In this document: positions 1-14,901 of the stretch, one piece after another
How positions within the stretch are numbered: the stretch's first letter is position 1
How the letters are laid out: every line of letters begins with the position of its first letter
Assembly (NCBI GenBank): GCA_964016885.1
Contig: OZ024753.1
Coordinates: 45,384,001 to 45,448,000, forward strand
Direction: 5' to 3'
From: Eledone cirrhosa
Lineage: Eukaryota
Length of the DNA stretch: 64,000 nt
Made by a program: the position numbers and the translations under genes
The notes under the pieces: generated by a model
Databases searched by the model: none
The model's input: the letters and a program-made list of their open reading frames with translations, nothing else
What the model was told of the DNA's origin: nothing

Positions 1-61
<61 letters not shown>

Positions 62-249
62 TTCTTTTTTTTCTTTTTGATTCGCCATTTTATCTACATT
101 ATTCAATATAATTTACACATAAACCCGATATCATCATCATCACCAGCACTACCACCATCACCACTACTACTACTACTGCCACTATTACTACTACTACTGC
201 TGCTACTACTACTACTGCTACCACTACTACTGCTACTACTACCACTACC

Positions 250-280
<31 letters not shown>

Positions 281-326
281 TTACTACTGCTACTACTACT
301 ACGACTACGACTACTACCACCACTAT

Positions 327-375
<49 letters not shown>

Positions 376-517
376 GCTGCTCTGCTACTACTACTACTAC
401 TGCTGCTCTGCTACTACTACTACTACTACTAGCAAAAGACACAAAGATCGTGACTAAACTTACTTTCAAAGGTATCCATGGTAACAGTATTGATCACTTG
501 ATAGATCTTCGACAAAG

Positions 518-548
<31 letters not shown>

Positions 549-745
549 ACAAAAACACTAACTATATGAGCAACACCACCACCACCACCACAAACAACAC
601 CACCACCATAAACAACAACAACAACAACTATATAAATAAAATTGATGATCATTTGAATATTTTTGATAACTATTGCACTGGTCATCTTGTTTTAGTATTT
701 AGTAGTGTTGTTGTTGTGGTGGTGGTTGACACTCACATACACACA

Positions 746-830
<85 letters not shown>

Positions 831-937
831 CACTCACATACACACACACACATGATTTGTTTATCTCAAACTAAACATAAAATTGTCATTTAAAATATTT
901 TCTGTTATACAGTTAAATATTTCTAGTTCTTAATACT

Positions 938-1032
<95 letters not shown>

Positions 1033-1395
1033 AACTTCCTTGACAGCAAAGCATTGCTAAGTTGTATGTGTTTGCGAGCGCATATGAAAGAGCGAGAGAG
1101 AGAGAGAGAGAGAACGATATTTTGAACATCTCTGTCAGTATACCGCCCCCCCCACACACAAAGGTATATATATATATATATTTAAACTTAAGCCCCCAAA
1201 ATATATATGGTGTAGTGAATTTTGTAAAAATATTTATATCCAAAGTTGCCAGAGCACTCAATCTGAGGAACGAGAAGTAATATATAAAATTTGCTTAAAT
1301 TCACATTTTCAAACTGATCATCTGCGAAAATAACAATTTCCTTTGCGAAATACGCATATTCGAGAGATGAAAGTCTTGTGAAATTAACAAAATTT

Positions 1396-1397
<2 letters not shown>

Positions 1398-1483
<86 letters not shown>

Positions 1484-1493
1484 TATATACATA

Positions 1494-1534
<41 letters not shown>

Positions 1535-1536
1535 AC

Positions 1537-1594
<58 letters not shown>

Positions 1595-1600
1595 GTGTAC

Positions 1601-1648
<48 letters not shown>

Positions 1649-1654
1649 GTGTAC

Positions 1655-1696
<42 letters not shown>

Positions 1697-1708
1697 GTGT
1701 ACGTACAC

Positions 1709-1781
<73 letters not shown>

Positions 1782-1799
1782 AGTACACATATATATATA

Positions 1800-1834
<35 letters not shown>

Positions 1835-1840
1835 GTACAC

Positions 1841-1904
<64 letters not shown>

Positions 1905-1905
1905 A

Positions 1906-1936
<31 letters not shown>
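1398..1936. repeat. (TA)n-derived compound microsatellite array
   Basis: Direct reading: long (TA)n runs with GTGTACG/CATA interruptions. Confidence 0.95.
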
Positions 1937-1940
<4 letters not shown>

Positions 1941-3098
1941 TACGTATGGGTGTGTGTGTTCCTCGTATTATGTTAAAAGGGAGATAAATAGTATCCATTA
2001 CTTCGTAAGATTTTAACCCAAAATGGTGATTGTATGACATTATAGAACAAGAAAACAAACGAGGAATAAAACAAAAGCAAAACAATAAAATAAAATAATG
2101 ACGTTGTGACGTTGCTTGAATGGATGCACATTTGATAAATATTTTATGCAAATATCTTAGCAACTATGTAATTAATTTTGCTTTCAATCTTATTAGAAAA
2201 AAGGTGGGGAGAGACAGGGATACGATGTTTCTGCTCTTACCTTCATTATGTAAGATAAAAGATTGTGTAAAATAAAATGTACAAAAAAAAAAATTGTTAA
2301 AAATCAACCAAAAGAACATCAGTAGCTATTAATGTCAACTTTCATATTTTGAAAGATATAAATGGTTTTATATGAAAAAAATAAAAAAATCTCAAAGAAA
2401 TTCTACCCTTTAAATGTAATTAAAAAAAAATACCTTTGATAAAGCTTGTATGATCATCAGACGACGTCAAATGGTCCAAAGTTTCTCTTATAATCTCTGC
2501 TGTCACTTTGAAATTCTTTTTTATTTTGACTATCAATAGTGAAAGATGGCTATTTCTTCTTTGATGGTTATAGGGTGAGTGAGTAAATCATATTTTTCGT
2601 GACAAAATTTTCCATTCAATGCAATGTTAAATTGCTAAAAGAAAAGAACCCCCACCACACCACACATACAAAACAAAATGGAGTTTGTTTGTCGCTTCTT
2701 GTGTTTGATTTAGGAAGATTGTATTGGCTAGTTTTTTTTGCTTCTTTTGCTTTTTTTTGGACATATTTTCATCCAAGAGAGAATAAAATGGGAGGAGGGA
2801 TATATATGACTAGTTTCTAGTCTTGTTAGAGTCTAATCATGATGATGGGAGGTAACCCAACAGTTCCTCTCAACATTGAGAAACCCTTCTTTAATGAAAT
2901 AGGAACCTAACAGGAATTTATTGGCAATTATAACAGCTTCTTCTTCTTCTTCTTCTTCTTCTTCTTCTTCTTCTTCTTCTTCTTCCAGCCTCCACCCTCC
3001 ATATGTTTAATATAGAAATAGCTTCTACTGAACTAGAACTGTTTCATTCAAAAGAAATCATCAACAATTTTAGTCCAGTAGAAGCCATTTCTATATCA

Positions 3099-3145
<47 letters not shown>

Positions 3146-3720
3146 CATGCATACATACACACACACATACATACACACACACACACACACACATCTATCT
3201 ATCAACATATATATATATATAGATAGATATCTGTATGAGTGTATATCCCACTATATGTTTCCATACATCAACTAAAATGTTACGGTTGTTATACAATATA
3301 TTCATCATTTAAATTATTTAGTATGTAGTTAAAGTAATAATACTAGATTATCGACCTCCTTCAATCTACTACCATCGCTTTTCAGTATCAAACATTGATC
3401 TTTTTATTTCAGTAATTCCACCTTTCCTTTCTCTTCAATAATATTCTTACATATTTCAGATTTTTTTTGTCTTATTTTTCTTTTCTTTTCTTCGAAATTT
3501 TACGACAAATGTTTTGCGGGTAATTTAAAATTTCACACGAATTTTAAGTTCAACTAATTATTTTTATTTTTAAATGGCAACTTTCTCATACTGTGTTGTA
3601 AATGAAAATTTCTGTATCAAACAGTGAATAACTCACCTGAGTAAAACATTGCTTTCAGATGGAGAATTATAAGAATTGTTATACATAAATCTATAGAACA
3701 TAGAAGAAGTATAAGACAAC

Positions 3721-3813
3721 TTACTGGGGTAATTACCCTCTTGAAAGCAGTGCTCCAGTAGGGTCGCATTCCATGACTGACACCAAGTAAACTGTAATTA
3801 AAGAATAAAAGAA
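3721..3813 (+). mobile_element. 3' tail fragment of a cephalopod-type tRNA-SINE
   Basis: TACTGGGGT...TTGAAAGCAGTGCTCCAGTAGGGTCGCATTCCATGACTGACACCAAGTAAA...AAGAATAAAAGAA resembles the 3' end of abundant octopus SINEs (recalled, not searched). Confidence 0.55.
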
Positions 3814-4009
3814 GGGCTGAGAAATAAGGAATGGTTTTAGCCTGAAGGCTTTTGATAATAAAACTGTTGGGGTTAAACTTTAGCAAGGAGTCTTGAAAGG
3901 CTGGGAAAATTCTTAAAGTTTAAAACTAGAATATATTGTAAAGTGTTTGGTGCCAGCTTGTTTGTGATGGGTCACATATTTGTAATGGGTCACATATTTC
4001 CATGGGTCA

Positions 4010-4330
4010 TATATTTGGGATGCAGAGGTTTCTGCTTCCACTTTGATGTTAATTGCTCATGCTCCGTTTTCTTAGCCATTAAATTTACTTGTTTTGCAAC
4101 AAGAGTTGCCACAATACTCCTGGTCTCTCTAGTGTGGATTTTAAGTCGTGAAGTCAGTAGCAAAAGTTTTGCTGTCTTTTAAGATCGAATGAAGCTTCTT
4201 ACTCCTCTCGTGTTTTTCAGCGAGTTGTAAGACAGTTCAAACTCGGCCAAGTCTAAGCCTTTTTGAGTTTTGGGAAGGTAAAGATGATCTACATCTGCCT
4301 TTGCGTGGTGTTGGGAAGGACATCCAGCTG
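4010..4330 (-). mobile_element. Decayed Dong/R4-clade non-LTR retrotransposon ORF fragment (post-RT region)
   Basis: Minus strand gives HHAKADVDHLYLPKTQKGLDLAEFELSY (cf. HPKADVDRLYLPRxxGGRGL) and further downstream KWKQKPLHPKY (cf. WxxKPLHGxY); stops/frameshifts lie between them. Confidence 0.7.
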
Positions 4331-4796
4331 AAGAAATCATGAGGTAAGAAGAGTTGAAAGGACTCTTAGGTTGTGTCAAAGACATGACAACCTCCCTAGA
4401 GCGAGTGCCATGGTAAAATGTATCGACTTCATTGTGTAAAGTGGTTGGTGATAGGAAGGACATTCACTGTGTTATAATACATGAGAGAGAGAGAGAGAGA
4501 GAAAGAAGGAGAGAGAGAAAGAAGGAGAGAGAGGGAGAGAGAGGGGTGGGGTGAAGCCAGTCATGGAGGGGGGTGAATATGAAGGTCAAGTGCCCAGTCT
4601 TGGAGAGAGAGATAGAGATAGAGAGAAGAAGCAAGAGAGAGAGAGAGAGAGAGGGAGAGAATTATTGTTGAAGCTGTTGATGTTGTTGCTGTTGTTGTTG
4701 TTGCTGCTGCTACTGATGTTATTTGTTATATCCAATATTGACTGTAGAAGTCTTTTGAAACGGATTTCAATTAAACCACAATATGTTTGTTGGAAC

Positions 4797-5095
4797 ACCT
4801 CCACCACCACCACCACCACCACCACCACCACCACCGCCACCACCACACTCACCCCCAACACTGCTACCACCACCACCACCACCGCCACCACCTCACTCAC
4901 CCCCAACACTGCCACCACCACCACCACCGCCACCACCACACTCACCCCCAACACTGCCACCACCACCACCACCACCACCGCCACCACCACACTCACCCCC
5001 AACACTGCCACCACCACCACCACCACCACCAATAACAACAACAACCATACTAATAACGCTACCAACCACCACCACCACAACACCACCACCACCAC
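4797..5095. repeat. (CCA)n-based minisatellite with a repeated CACTCACCCCCAACACTGC interruption
   Basis: Four tandem ~50 bp units read directly. Confidence 0.9.
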
Positions 5096-5466
5096 TAATG
5101 CCCCCCCCCCACTGGACAAGAAACAGACCAACATCAAAAACAAGATTTATATTTTCGTCATAACGACTTTGTTATTAATTCTTTCTTTCCTTCTTTCTTT
5201 CTTTCCTTCTTTCTTTCTCCTAATTAATAAAGTAAATGAAGAAGAAAACATATTTATAGCTGAAATAATAGAAAGAGGAGGAGGGGCTGTGGAGGAGAGG
5301 AGGAGGGGCTGTGGAGGAGAGGAGGAGGGAGAGAGAGAGGTAGAGGGAGAGAGCGACAGAGACAGAGAGGGAGAGAGAGAGAATGGGAGAGAGAGGGAGT
5401 GAAATAAAGAGTGAGTGAGTGAGTGAGTGAGTGAGTGAGAGAGAGATAGAGAGAGAGGGGGGAGGG

Positions 5467-5501
<35 letters not shown>

Positions 5502-5599
5502 TAGAGAGGAAGAGAGAGAGGTGGAGAGTGAGTGAGTGAATGAGGGAGAGAGAGAGAGAAGTGTAGAATGTAATCTTAGCTGTAAAGATTAAAGGACCA

Positions 5600-5631
<32 letters not shown>

Positions 5632-5794
5632 CGGATTGCCAGTAAATGGTAGAGTTGTTGACTTGGTTTCATTGGTTATTGAATATGGCGACCATCGAAC
5701 ACCACCCCACCGTCCACACTCCACCAGACACCATCCAACATCCACACTCAGCCATCCATCAACCAGCAATGACCATCCACAGTAAATCAGTCAA

Positions 5795-6050
5795 TCACTG
5801 CATCATCTCTATAGGCACCACCATCACTGCATCATCTCTATAACCACCACCACCACTGCATCATCTCTATAACCACCATCATCACTGCATCATCTCTATA
5901 ACCACCACCATCACTGCATCATCTCTATAACCACCACCACCACTGCATCATCTCTATAACCACCATCATCACTGCATCATCTCTATAACCACCACCACCA
6001 TTGCATCATCTCTATAACCACCATCATCACTGCATCATCTCTATAACCTC
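5795..6050 (+). repeat. 27-30 bp minisatellite CCACCATCACTGCATCATCTCTATAA (~9 copies)
   Basis: Tandem units read directly. Confidence 0.92.
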
Positions 6051-6317
6051 CACCATCCCCACCACCACCACCAACCTTCACCCCCACTATCCACAGTAAA
6101 CCAGTCACCCACCACCACTACCTACATCCCCGGCCCCACCACTAAATCAGTAAATCAGTCACCCTGTACTTCCCAACAACCCCGCCCTAGCCCTCCACTA
6201 ATTAACGTCCAGTGCCTACTCCGTTAATGAATTCTTAATTAATTATGGATTTATATATTTGCCACTAATTATTCGATTACAAACCATCTTGACAATACAC
6301 GGAGAAGATATATTTGT

Positions 6318-6391
<74 letters not shown>

Positions 6392-6394
6392 CAT

Positions 6395-6512
<118 letters not shown>

Positions 6513-6836
6513 ACACACATGGCTTGCAAGATACTTGAGGTGAAGTCGTGTGTTGAAATAAGTATTGTTATACTTATTTCCAATGTACTGCCAATAAAAG
6601 CACCTGCACCAGTTAATTTTCACTTCAATGTTAATATTAGTTCTATAACTAATGCCTTCTATGGTTAGTTTAGTAACATAATAGTTATTTAGTTGTCATA
6701 TTTAATTGACAAACTACTTTCGTCACACATTCTGTGACCTTTCCAATGACTTTCGTTACTCTGTCATTTCTCTTTGTTTTGATTTTTTTCTATTTATCAA
6801 TTTGCACAATGTTAGCTTTCTGTGGAGTGTATGGGG

Positions 6837-6882
<46 letters not shown>

Positions 6883-6979
6883 TGTATATATATATATATA
6901 TATACATGTGTGTGAGTATAGATATATGTATATATATATATGTACATATATGTATATATATTCATATATGTGTGTATGC

Positions 6980-7031
<52 letters not shown>

Positions 7032-7792
7032 GCATACACACATATATGAATATATATACATATATGTACATATATATATATACATATATGTACATATAAA
7101 TATGAATATATCTATACACACACACATGTATATATATATATATACAAACATATACATACAAATACAAAACTGTCTAAAGTACAAATACTTTTAATACTTT
7201 ACATGAAATCATGAAATCTGCAAATAGGTTTTGAGATTTGTGGATCTCGTGGGAAAGAAACTATTGGAACGACCAGATAATTTTCTTTGCAGCACTGTCT
7301 GTGTTTGCTATATATTTAAAATAGCACATTAGTCTTCTTATATAGACTCCCAAGAGATCTCTCTCCATCTCTCTCCATCTCTCTCACTCTCTCGTTCTCT
7401 TTTGCTCTTTTGCAATATTTGCAATGTTTTGATCCAGCTGCTATGATGGCCGTCACATCCAAAATGGTGGTTAAATTGTGGAAACAAAATGTCCCGGTCT
7501 CTTCACAAATGTTTACCTCTTTTGCTTTTGTATGTATATATATATACATATATGTATACATAGATATATATGTGTTTCTAAGTGTAAATAAATACATACA
7601 TGTATGTATGTATAAACATTTGCAATGTATGTTAAATAAATACGTAATTTTTGTATAATTATGTAAATAATGTAAATGTATGAATACATACAACATATAT
7701 ACTAGTATATGTGTTGTTTTACACACACACACACACACATATATATACCTATATATATACACACACACACACACACATATATATATATCTGA

Positions 7793-7839
<47 letters not shown>

Positions 7840-8306
7840 ACTATCTATCTATCTATATATATATATATGCATGTGTGTATGTGTGTGTCTGTGTGTCTTT
7901 AATTGGAGCTTAGACTTTCTTTTGACCGTTTGTCTCTCTGTTGTAATTAAAAGATCATTAACACAAATTAATAATCTCAAAATTCCTTTTAATTACTCTT
8001 TAAATCTTAAGATGATCATTTAATTTTTATTGTCCTAGTTATATCAAACATCTGTAATATACGAAGAACGCTGCTACGTCACCGTTATGGTAACCATATT
8101 TGATATATCAAGAAAGACGCTATGCCCTATGTATGGAAACCATTTTGTCCGATTTTGCCCTAAATGTTAACTACAAACGAGCCCTGTACTGCTAGCAAGG
8201 TGCCTGACGAGGTAAAGAGGAAGCTGTCAGTTTGTCTTATGTAATTGAGTGTACATTCTGCTGATACAATATTTATATATATCCACGCCAATATACATCT
8301 ATTTTG

Positions 8307-8348
<42 letters not shown>

Positions 8349-8435
8349 CTACGCAAATATACATCCATCAGCATCAAACTAATAACAAACAGAGGTACAA
8401 AATCTCTTGTCACCTTGAACTATATATATATACAA

Positions 8436-8545
8436 GGCAATGATATGGTGCAATGAAGGTATATATTAGTTTATTTCCTGATATTGTTGGAAAATGTTTT
8501 ATGGTTTCGGACATTAGTCTTTCCTCGAAAATAGGATGAGAACTA
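8436..8545 (-). mobile_element. Degenerate Penelope pseudo-LTR-like remnant
   Basis: Minus strand TTCGAGGA-AAGAC-TAAT-GTCC-GAAACCAT...AAATAAA...ending in (TA)n; hammerhead-like layout with a mutated core. Confidence 0.3.
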
Positions 8546-8668
8546 GAAAGATTGACACGTGCAAGAAGAGAAAGAAACAGAACATTTTTTTACGGGAGGA
8601 GATCACGTGTTTGTTTACTCAGCCATTTTAAAGAAATGCCATATGCATATAAATAAATAAATAAATAA

Positions 8669-8719
<51 letters not shown>

Positions 8720-8770
8720 AGTATACAATTAAATACAAACGACGCCATTTTCTACGAATATAAAACTATG

Positions 8771-8835
<65 letters not shown>

Positions 8836-9176
8836 AAGAAGAAAAAAATGTAATTGTAGAAAACAAATCAAAACAAGACAAAATTTAAAAAAACCTACAA
8901 ATTCTACAACAACAACAACAACAACAACATCACTGACAAGAAAAATGATCAACTTTGGAAAATAACAATGTATCAATGTATCTATTATCGATTATTCTTC
9001 AAGTTGTGTAATTATTTTTCTCATCTCAATATTTATTGGAGATTTTTCCTATTTTATTGTCATGTAAAAATTTATATATTTTTATCGTGTCTTTTGTAAG
9101 TTTTGGTTTGTTTTGAAATTATTTTCTTTCAACTTACACTCACACACACACATGTAAATACAACATATATATATAT

Positions 9177-9215
<39 letters not shown>

Positions 9216-9371
9216 CATACACACACACATACACTCACACACACACACTTAAACACATATATATATACACACACATACACAAACACCCACACATATTTGT
9301 ATATATTTTTATTACACTCAAATTCGAATTCTAAGTTGAAAATTTAATCGAAATAATACTTATGTGTGTAA

Positions 9372-9413
<42 letters not shown>

Positions 9414-10896
9414 ATATGATGTATGTATGCATATGATTATGTATTATGAATTACGTATATATATATATATGTATACATTCAAACACACATATATATATAG
9501 TATATATATAAATGCATACATATATACACATACTATATATATATATATATACATACATACAATATATATATACATATATACATATATATATACATACAAT
9601 ATATATACATATATATATATATTTATACACACATATATATATGCATATATATGTGTATATGTATTTATACACACACACATTACATATATATATATATAAT
9701 TACTGTAATCAGTGGAGAAGTGACTAATAATGTCAAATCATTAAAAAAACATTAACAACAACAGCAACAATAACAATAACAACAACAATAACAGTAAAAA
9801 GAAAATATGATGAATTTTTCGTGAAAATTCAAATTATTTCATTTCTAATTTAGAAACGTTTTTTGAGGTAATTTACGAAACTTAAGAAATAAAACAACCT
9901 TTGTTTACTTCACACACACATATATATATACATATACATGTATATATATATATACATATATATATACATATAGATATACACACATATATATATATATACA
10001 TATATATATACATATAGATATACATATAGATATACACACATATATATACATATATATACATATAGATATATGCACATATATATCTATATATATATATACA
10101 TATACATACATATATATACATATATATACATATAGATATACACACATATATATATACATATATATACATATACATACATATACATACATATACACATATA
10201 TACATACATATACATACACATACATACACATACATATACATACACATACATATTCACACATATACACATATATACATACATATAAATACATATATATATA
10301 TATACACATACACACATATACACACATATACACATATATACATATATATACATACATATACACACATATACATACATACATAATTATACATATACATACA
10401 TATACATACATATAAATGAATATACATGCATATAAATACATATACACACACACATACATATACATACATATATACACACATATACATATACATACATATA
10501 TACACACATATACATACACACATACACATATATACACATACGTATATATAGACAAACAACAGCGGAAAACAAAAGAAGACGATAATAAAAGCTATGAGTT
10601 CTAGACATCCACACCTTAGTTAACAATAAATGTAGCAGCAACAATAACAACAATAACAACAACAACAAGAACAAGAATAACAAAAATAACAACAACAACA
10701 ACAACAACAACCAATAACCCATCATCAATCACCAATAATCAACCGTCGATAATCAATCACCAGCAGTCATCAATCCCCAATCAGCAGTCATCAATCAGCA
10801 ATCACCAATCATTAGTGATCAATGGAGTTTGTCAATTGTTGTTATGTTGAGATATTAATTTAAAGATGGTTGACAAGAATTGTATAGTTACAAACC

Positions 10897-11022
10897 CAAC
10901 TAAACCAAACTAAACTAAATTAAACCAAATTAAACCAAACTAAACCAAATTAAACCAAATTAAACCATATTAAACCAAACTAAACCAAACCAAACTAAAC
11001 CAAACCATCCAAACCAAACCAA
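10897..11022. repeat. (TAAAC/CAAAT/CAAAC)n pentamer microsatellite
   Basis: Direct reading. Confidence 0.9.
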
Positions 11023-11151
11023 CTCCATTACAGCCTGGTAGAAGAATGGCGTCTAGTGTCGTATGGCAGACGACATGAGGGGAGATTGTAGAGTTGAGGA
11101 AATAATACAGACAACAACGACAACAACAAGAAAAAAAAGTAATAAAGGAAG

Positions 11152-11380
11152 AGGTTATAGAGATGATGTGGTGATGGTGGAGGTTATAGAGATGATGCGG
11201 TGATGGTGGAGGTTATAGAGATGATGCGGTGGTGGTGGAGGTTATAGAGATGATGCGGTGATGGTGGAGGTTATAGAGATGATGCGGTGGTGGTGGTGGT
11301 GGTTATAGAGATGATGCGGTGATGGTGGAGGTTATAGAGATGATGGTGGTGGAGGTTATAGAGATAATGCGGTGATGGTG
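11152..11380 (-). repeat. Minisatellite GGTTATAGAGATGATGCGGTGATGGTGGA (~8 copies), reverse complement of the 5795-6050 unit
   Basis: The unit reverse-complements to TCCACCATCACCGCATCATCTCTATAACC. Confidence 0.9.
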
Positions 11381-11633
11381 GTGGCTTGGTGGTGGCTTGG
11401 TGGTGGTGGTGGTTGTGGTTATGGAGATGAAGGTGGTGGTGGTGGTTTGGTGATGGTGGTGGTGGCGGTTTGGTGATGGTGGTGGTGGTTATGGAGATGA
11501 TACGGTGATGGTGATGGATTAGAGGAAATGTGGGTGACTCCGAAATTTATAGCTTCGACGCTTTGAAAGAAAATAAATTGTCTATAACTATAACTGTATA
11601 TATATATATATATATATATATGAAAATACACAG

Positions 11634-11664
<31 letters not shown>

Positions 11665-11687
11665 CATACATATATATACACACACAC

Positions 11688-11761
<74 letters not shown>

Positions 11762-12651
11762 TGTATATATATATTTATATATATATAGAGAGAGATGTAT
11801 ATATATATTATTATATATGTGTTTGTATAACTGTGTATGTATGTATATGTGTGTTTTTATCTATGTAAGTATGTATGCATGTATGTATGTGAATGTGTGT
11901 GTACGTATGTGTATGTATGTATATGTGTGTTTTTATCTATGCATGTAAGTATGTATGTAAGTATGTATGTGAATGTGTGTGTATATATGTATATGAATAC
12001 ACACACATTCACACACAGATACACGTATATATGTATATGAATACGTGTATCTGTGTGTGATGAAGAGGTTAGGTTTTGGTGACCACTTCAGACTTTGTTC
12101 TGTTGCTGTCGAGTTTAATAAAATAAACTTTATTACACGAGTTTGTTTAGTTTCGACTATTTTCACCGAACAAAGAAAAGCGGGAAATTAGGAACAAATA
12201 AACAGAAAATATAAACAAAATGGAGAACTAAGTAAATTCTTCCCCCAAAATAGTTAAATATTTTGTTCCCCGTTCGATTAACTAAGTAAACATTCACACA
12301 AAGAGACGTACAGGCAAACAAACTTAAAATATAACAAAAACACACACATACATATATACACACACATCTATACACACATATCTATATCTACTACACGGTA
12401 CTCTCTTCCAACCCCCCTCTCTATATCAATTACCACCAAACTCTCCCCCTCTCTATAACTATCCCTCTCATCTGTCTCTACATATAATGTACATAAATTG
12501 TAGGACATACAAATAGATGTGTGTTTGGTAGTTTGGGGAGAAACATATAGTTAAGGGGGGTATCCCCCCCTGGCACCCCCAGTTCCACCACCACTGCTTA
12601 CACAGGCAATATACAGACAATCACAGACACATATACCACACAAATACATAG

Positions 12652-12699
<48 letters not shown>

Positions 12700-12850
12700 T
12701 AAGGTTGTCTTTATGCGGATATGTCAATATTTATAAAACAAATTTGTATTTTATCTGATGAAAGCGCACCAACATTCGCCTTGGTTGCCATTGAAATATA
12801 TATAATAAAATAATTATGGTTTTATAAATATAGTTTCCATTTATTAGTAT

Positions 12851-12965
<115 letters not shown>

Positions 12966-13418
12966 GTGTTTGTATAATTCAAAATCTAAACACAGGCGAC
13001 AAGGAGAGACACTATTACCTTCCCCTTCGCCCTTGTTTAACGAGAGAGGAAGATAGAGAGAGAGAAGTAGTTGGTGTTACAGAAATATTACCTTCCCCTC
13101 TCCACTTACTTTGGTCAGTGAGACCGAACGAAGCACTGTTGCTATAGAAACCACGTGCCACAAGAGACCAGTTCCTGGCGGTTTCGTTCTCTCAGCTGGC
13201 ACCACCTCTTGTAGTCAATATTATTTGGAAGTATATATAATATATCTTATATAATATAGCTATAATATATTATATTATATTATAATATAGTGTCTATATT
13301 ATTCATTATTTATAATATATATTGTATATATAATATATATTGTATATATAATATATATTGTAATATACAATATATATTTAAACAATATTTATAATATATA
13401 TTATATTATAAATATAAT

Positions 13419-13510
13419 GCTTCAGGCAGGACCGGCTGGAAGGCAAGTTTGACAAATTAGTCACCACGTGACCCTGCTAGGGATAAGTTGGCAAAGTAGA
13501 AGAAGAAGAA
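13419..13510 (+). mobile_element. Probable RTE-type LINE 3' end with (GAA)n tail (mirror copy at ~14108-14199, minus strand)
   Basis: ASGRTGWKASLTN* (cf. A.DR..WR C-terminus), then GTGACCCTGCTAGGGATAAG...AGAAGAAGAAGAA. Confidence 0.4.
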
Positions 13511-13704
13511 AAATATATATATTGTATATATTACATTGAAAAGAGAGACAGAGAGAGACAAAGACTTTTATATAGAGAGAGATAGCGTTAAACATCGGCA
13601 TAAAGAATCGCGGAAGATTTCCGATTCCGCGAATATGCGGTGATTTCCACGAACAATTATTATTTATGTTCTAAGGAAAATTCCACGAATAAACCGGGGT
13701 TACA

Positions 13705-13744
<40 letters not shown>

Positions 13745-13907
13745 TATATATATATATATATATATACATACACACACTGTATATATATATACACACTGTA
13801 TATATATATATATACAGTTTGTGTAGATATATATATAAATTATGGAAGTTGGCTTCTTGCTACAATAACTTCTATACTTTTCATTTATATATATATATAT
13901 ATATATA

Positions 13908-14012
13908 CAGTGTAACCCCGGTTTATTCGTGGAATTTTCCTTAGAACATAAATAATAATTGTTTGTGGAAATCACCGCATATTCGCGGAATCGGAAATAT
14001 CTTCCGCGATTC
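13908..14012 (+). mobile_element. pogo/Tigger-like (Tc1-mariner superfamily) MITE terminus (mirror copy at ~13605-13707)
   Basis: TA|CAGTGTAACCCCGGTTTATTCGTGG start with repeated TTCGYGG subterminal motifs; CAGT...CCCCG ends flanked by TA are typical of pogo/Tigger TIRs. Confidence 0.55.
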
Positions 14013-14644
14013 TTTATGCCGATGTTTAACGCTATCTCTCTCTATATAAAAGTCTTTGTCTCTCTCTGTCTCTCTTTTCAATGTAATATATACAATATAT
14101 ATATTTTTCTTCTTCTTCTACTTTGCCAACTTATCCCTAGCAGGGTCACGTGGTGACTAATTTGTCAAACTTGCCTTCCAGCCGGTCTTGCCTGAAGCAT
14201 TATATTTATAATATAATATATATTATAAATATTGTTTAAATATATATTGTATATTACAATATATATTATATATACAATATATATTATATATACAATATAT
14301 ATTATAAATAATGAATAATATAGACACTATATTATAATATAATATAATATATTATAGCTATATTATATAAGATATATTATATATACTTCCAAATAATATT
14401 GACTACAAGAGGTGGTGCCAGCTGAGAGAACGAAACCGCCAGGAACTGGTCTCTTGTGGCACGTGGTTTCTATAGCAACAGTGCTTCGTTCGGTCTCACT
14501 GACCAAAGTAAGTGGAGAGGGGAAGGTAATATTTCTGTAACACCAACTACTTCTCTCTCTCTGTCTTCCTCTCTCGTTAAACAAGGGCGAAGGGGAAGGT
14601 AATAGTGTCTCTCCTTGTCGCCTGTGTTTAGATTTTGAATTATA

Positions 14645-14764
<120 letters not shown>

Positions 14765-14901
14765 AGCACACACACACACCCACACCCACACACACACACC
14801 CACACACACACACACACTCTCTGGGTGAGATTAAGCTAGTAAATCCAATATGGAACTACATTTTCTTTTCTGTCAGCAAAATATAAAAATAATTACTACT
14901 G

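Noticed and set aside
4551-5402. Mucin/extensin-like Thr- or Pro-rich ORF
   Set aside because: It stitches GA, GTT and CCA microsatellites; composition is explained by the repeats.
14403-14459. Hammerhead candidate in the large palindrome (CTACAAGAG...GAAACC...GGTC-TCTTGTGG)
   Set aside because: The closing stem and GAAACC..GGUC are present, but there is no correctly placed CUGANGA or helix II.
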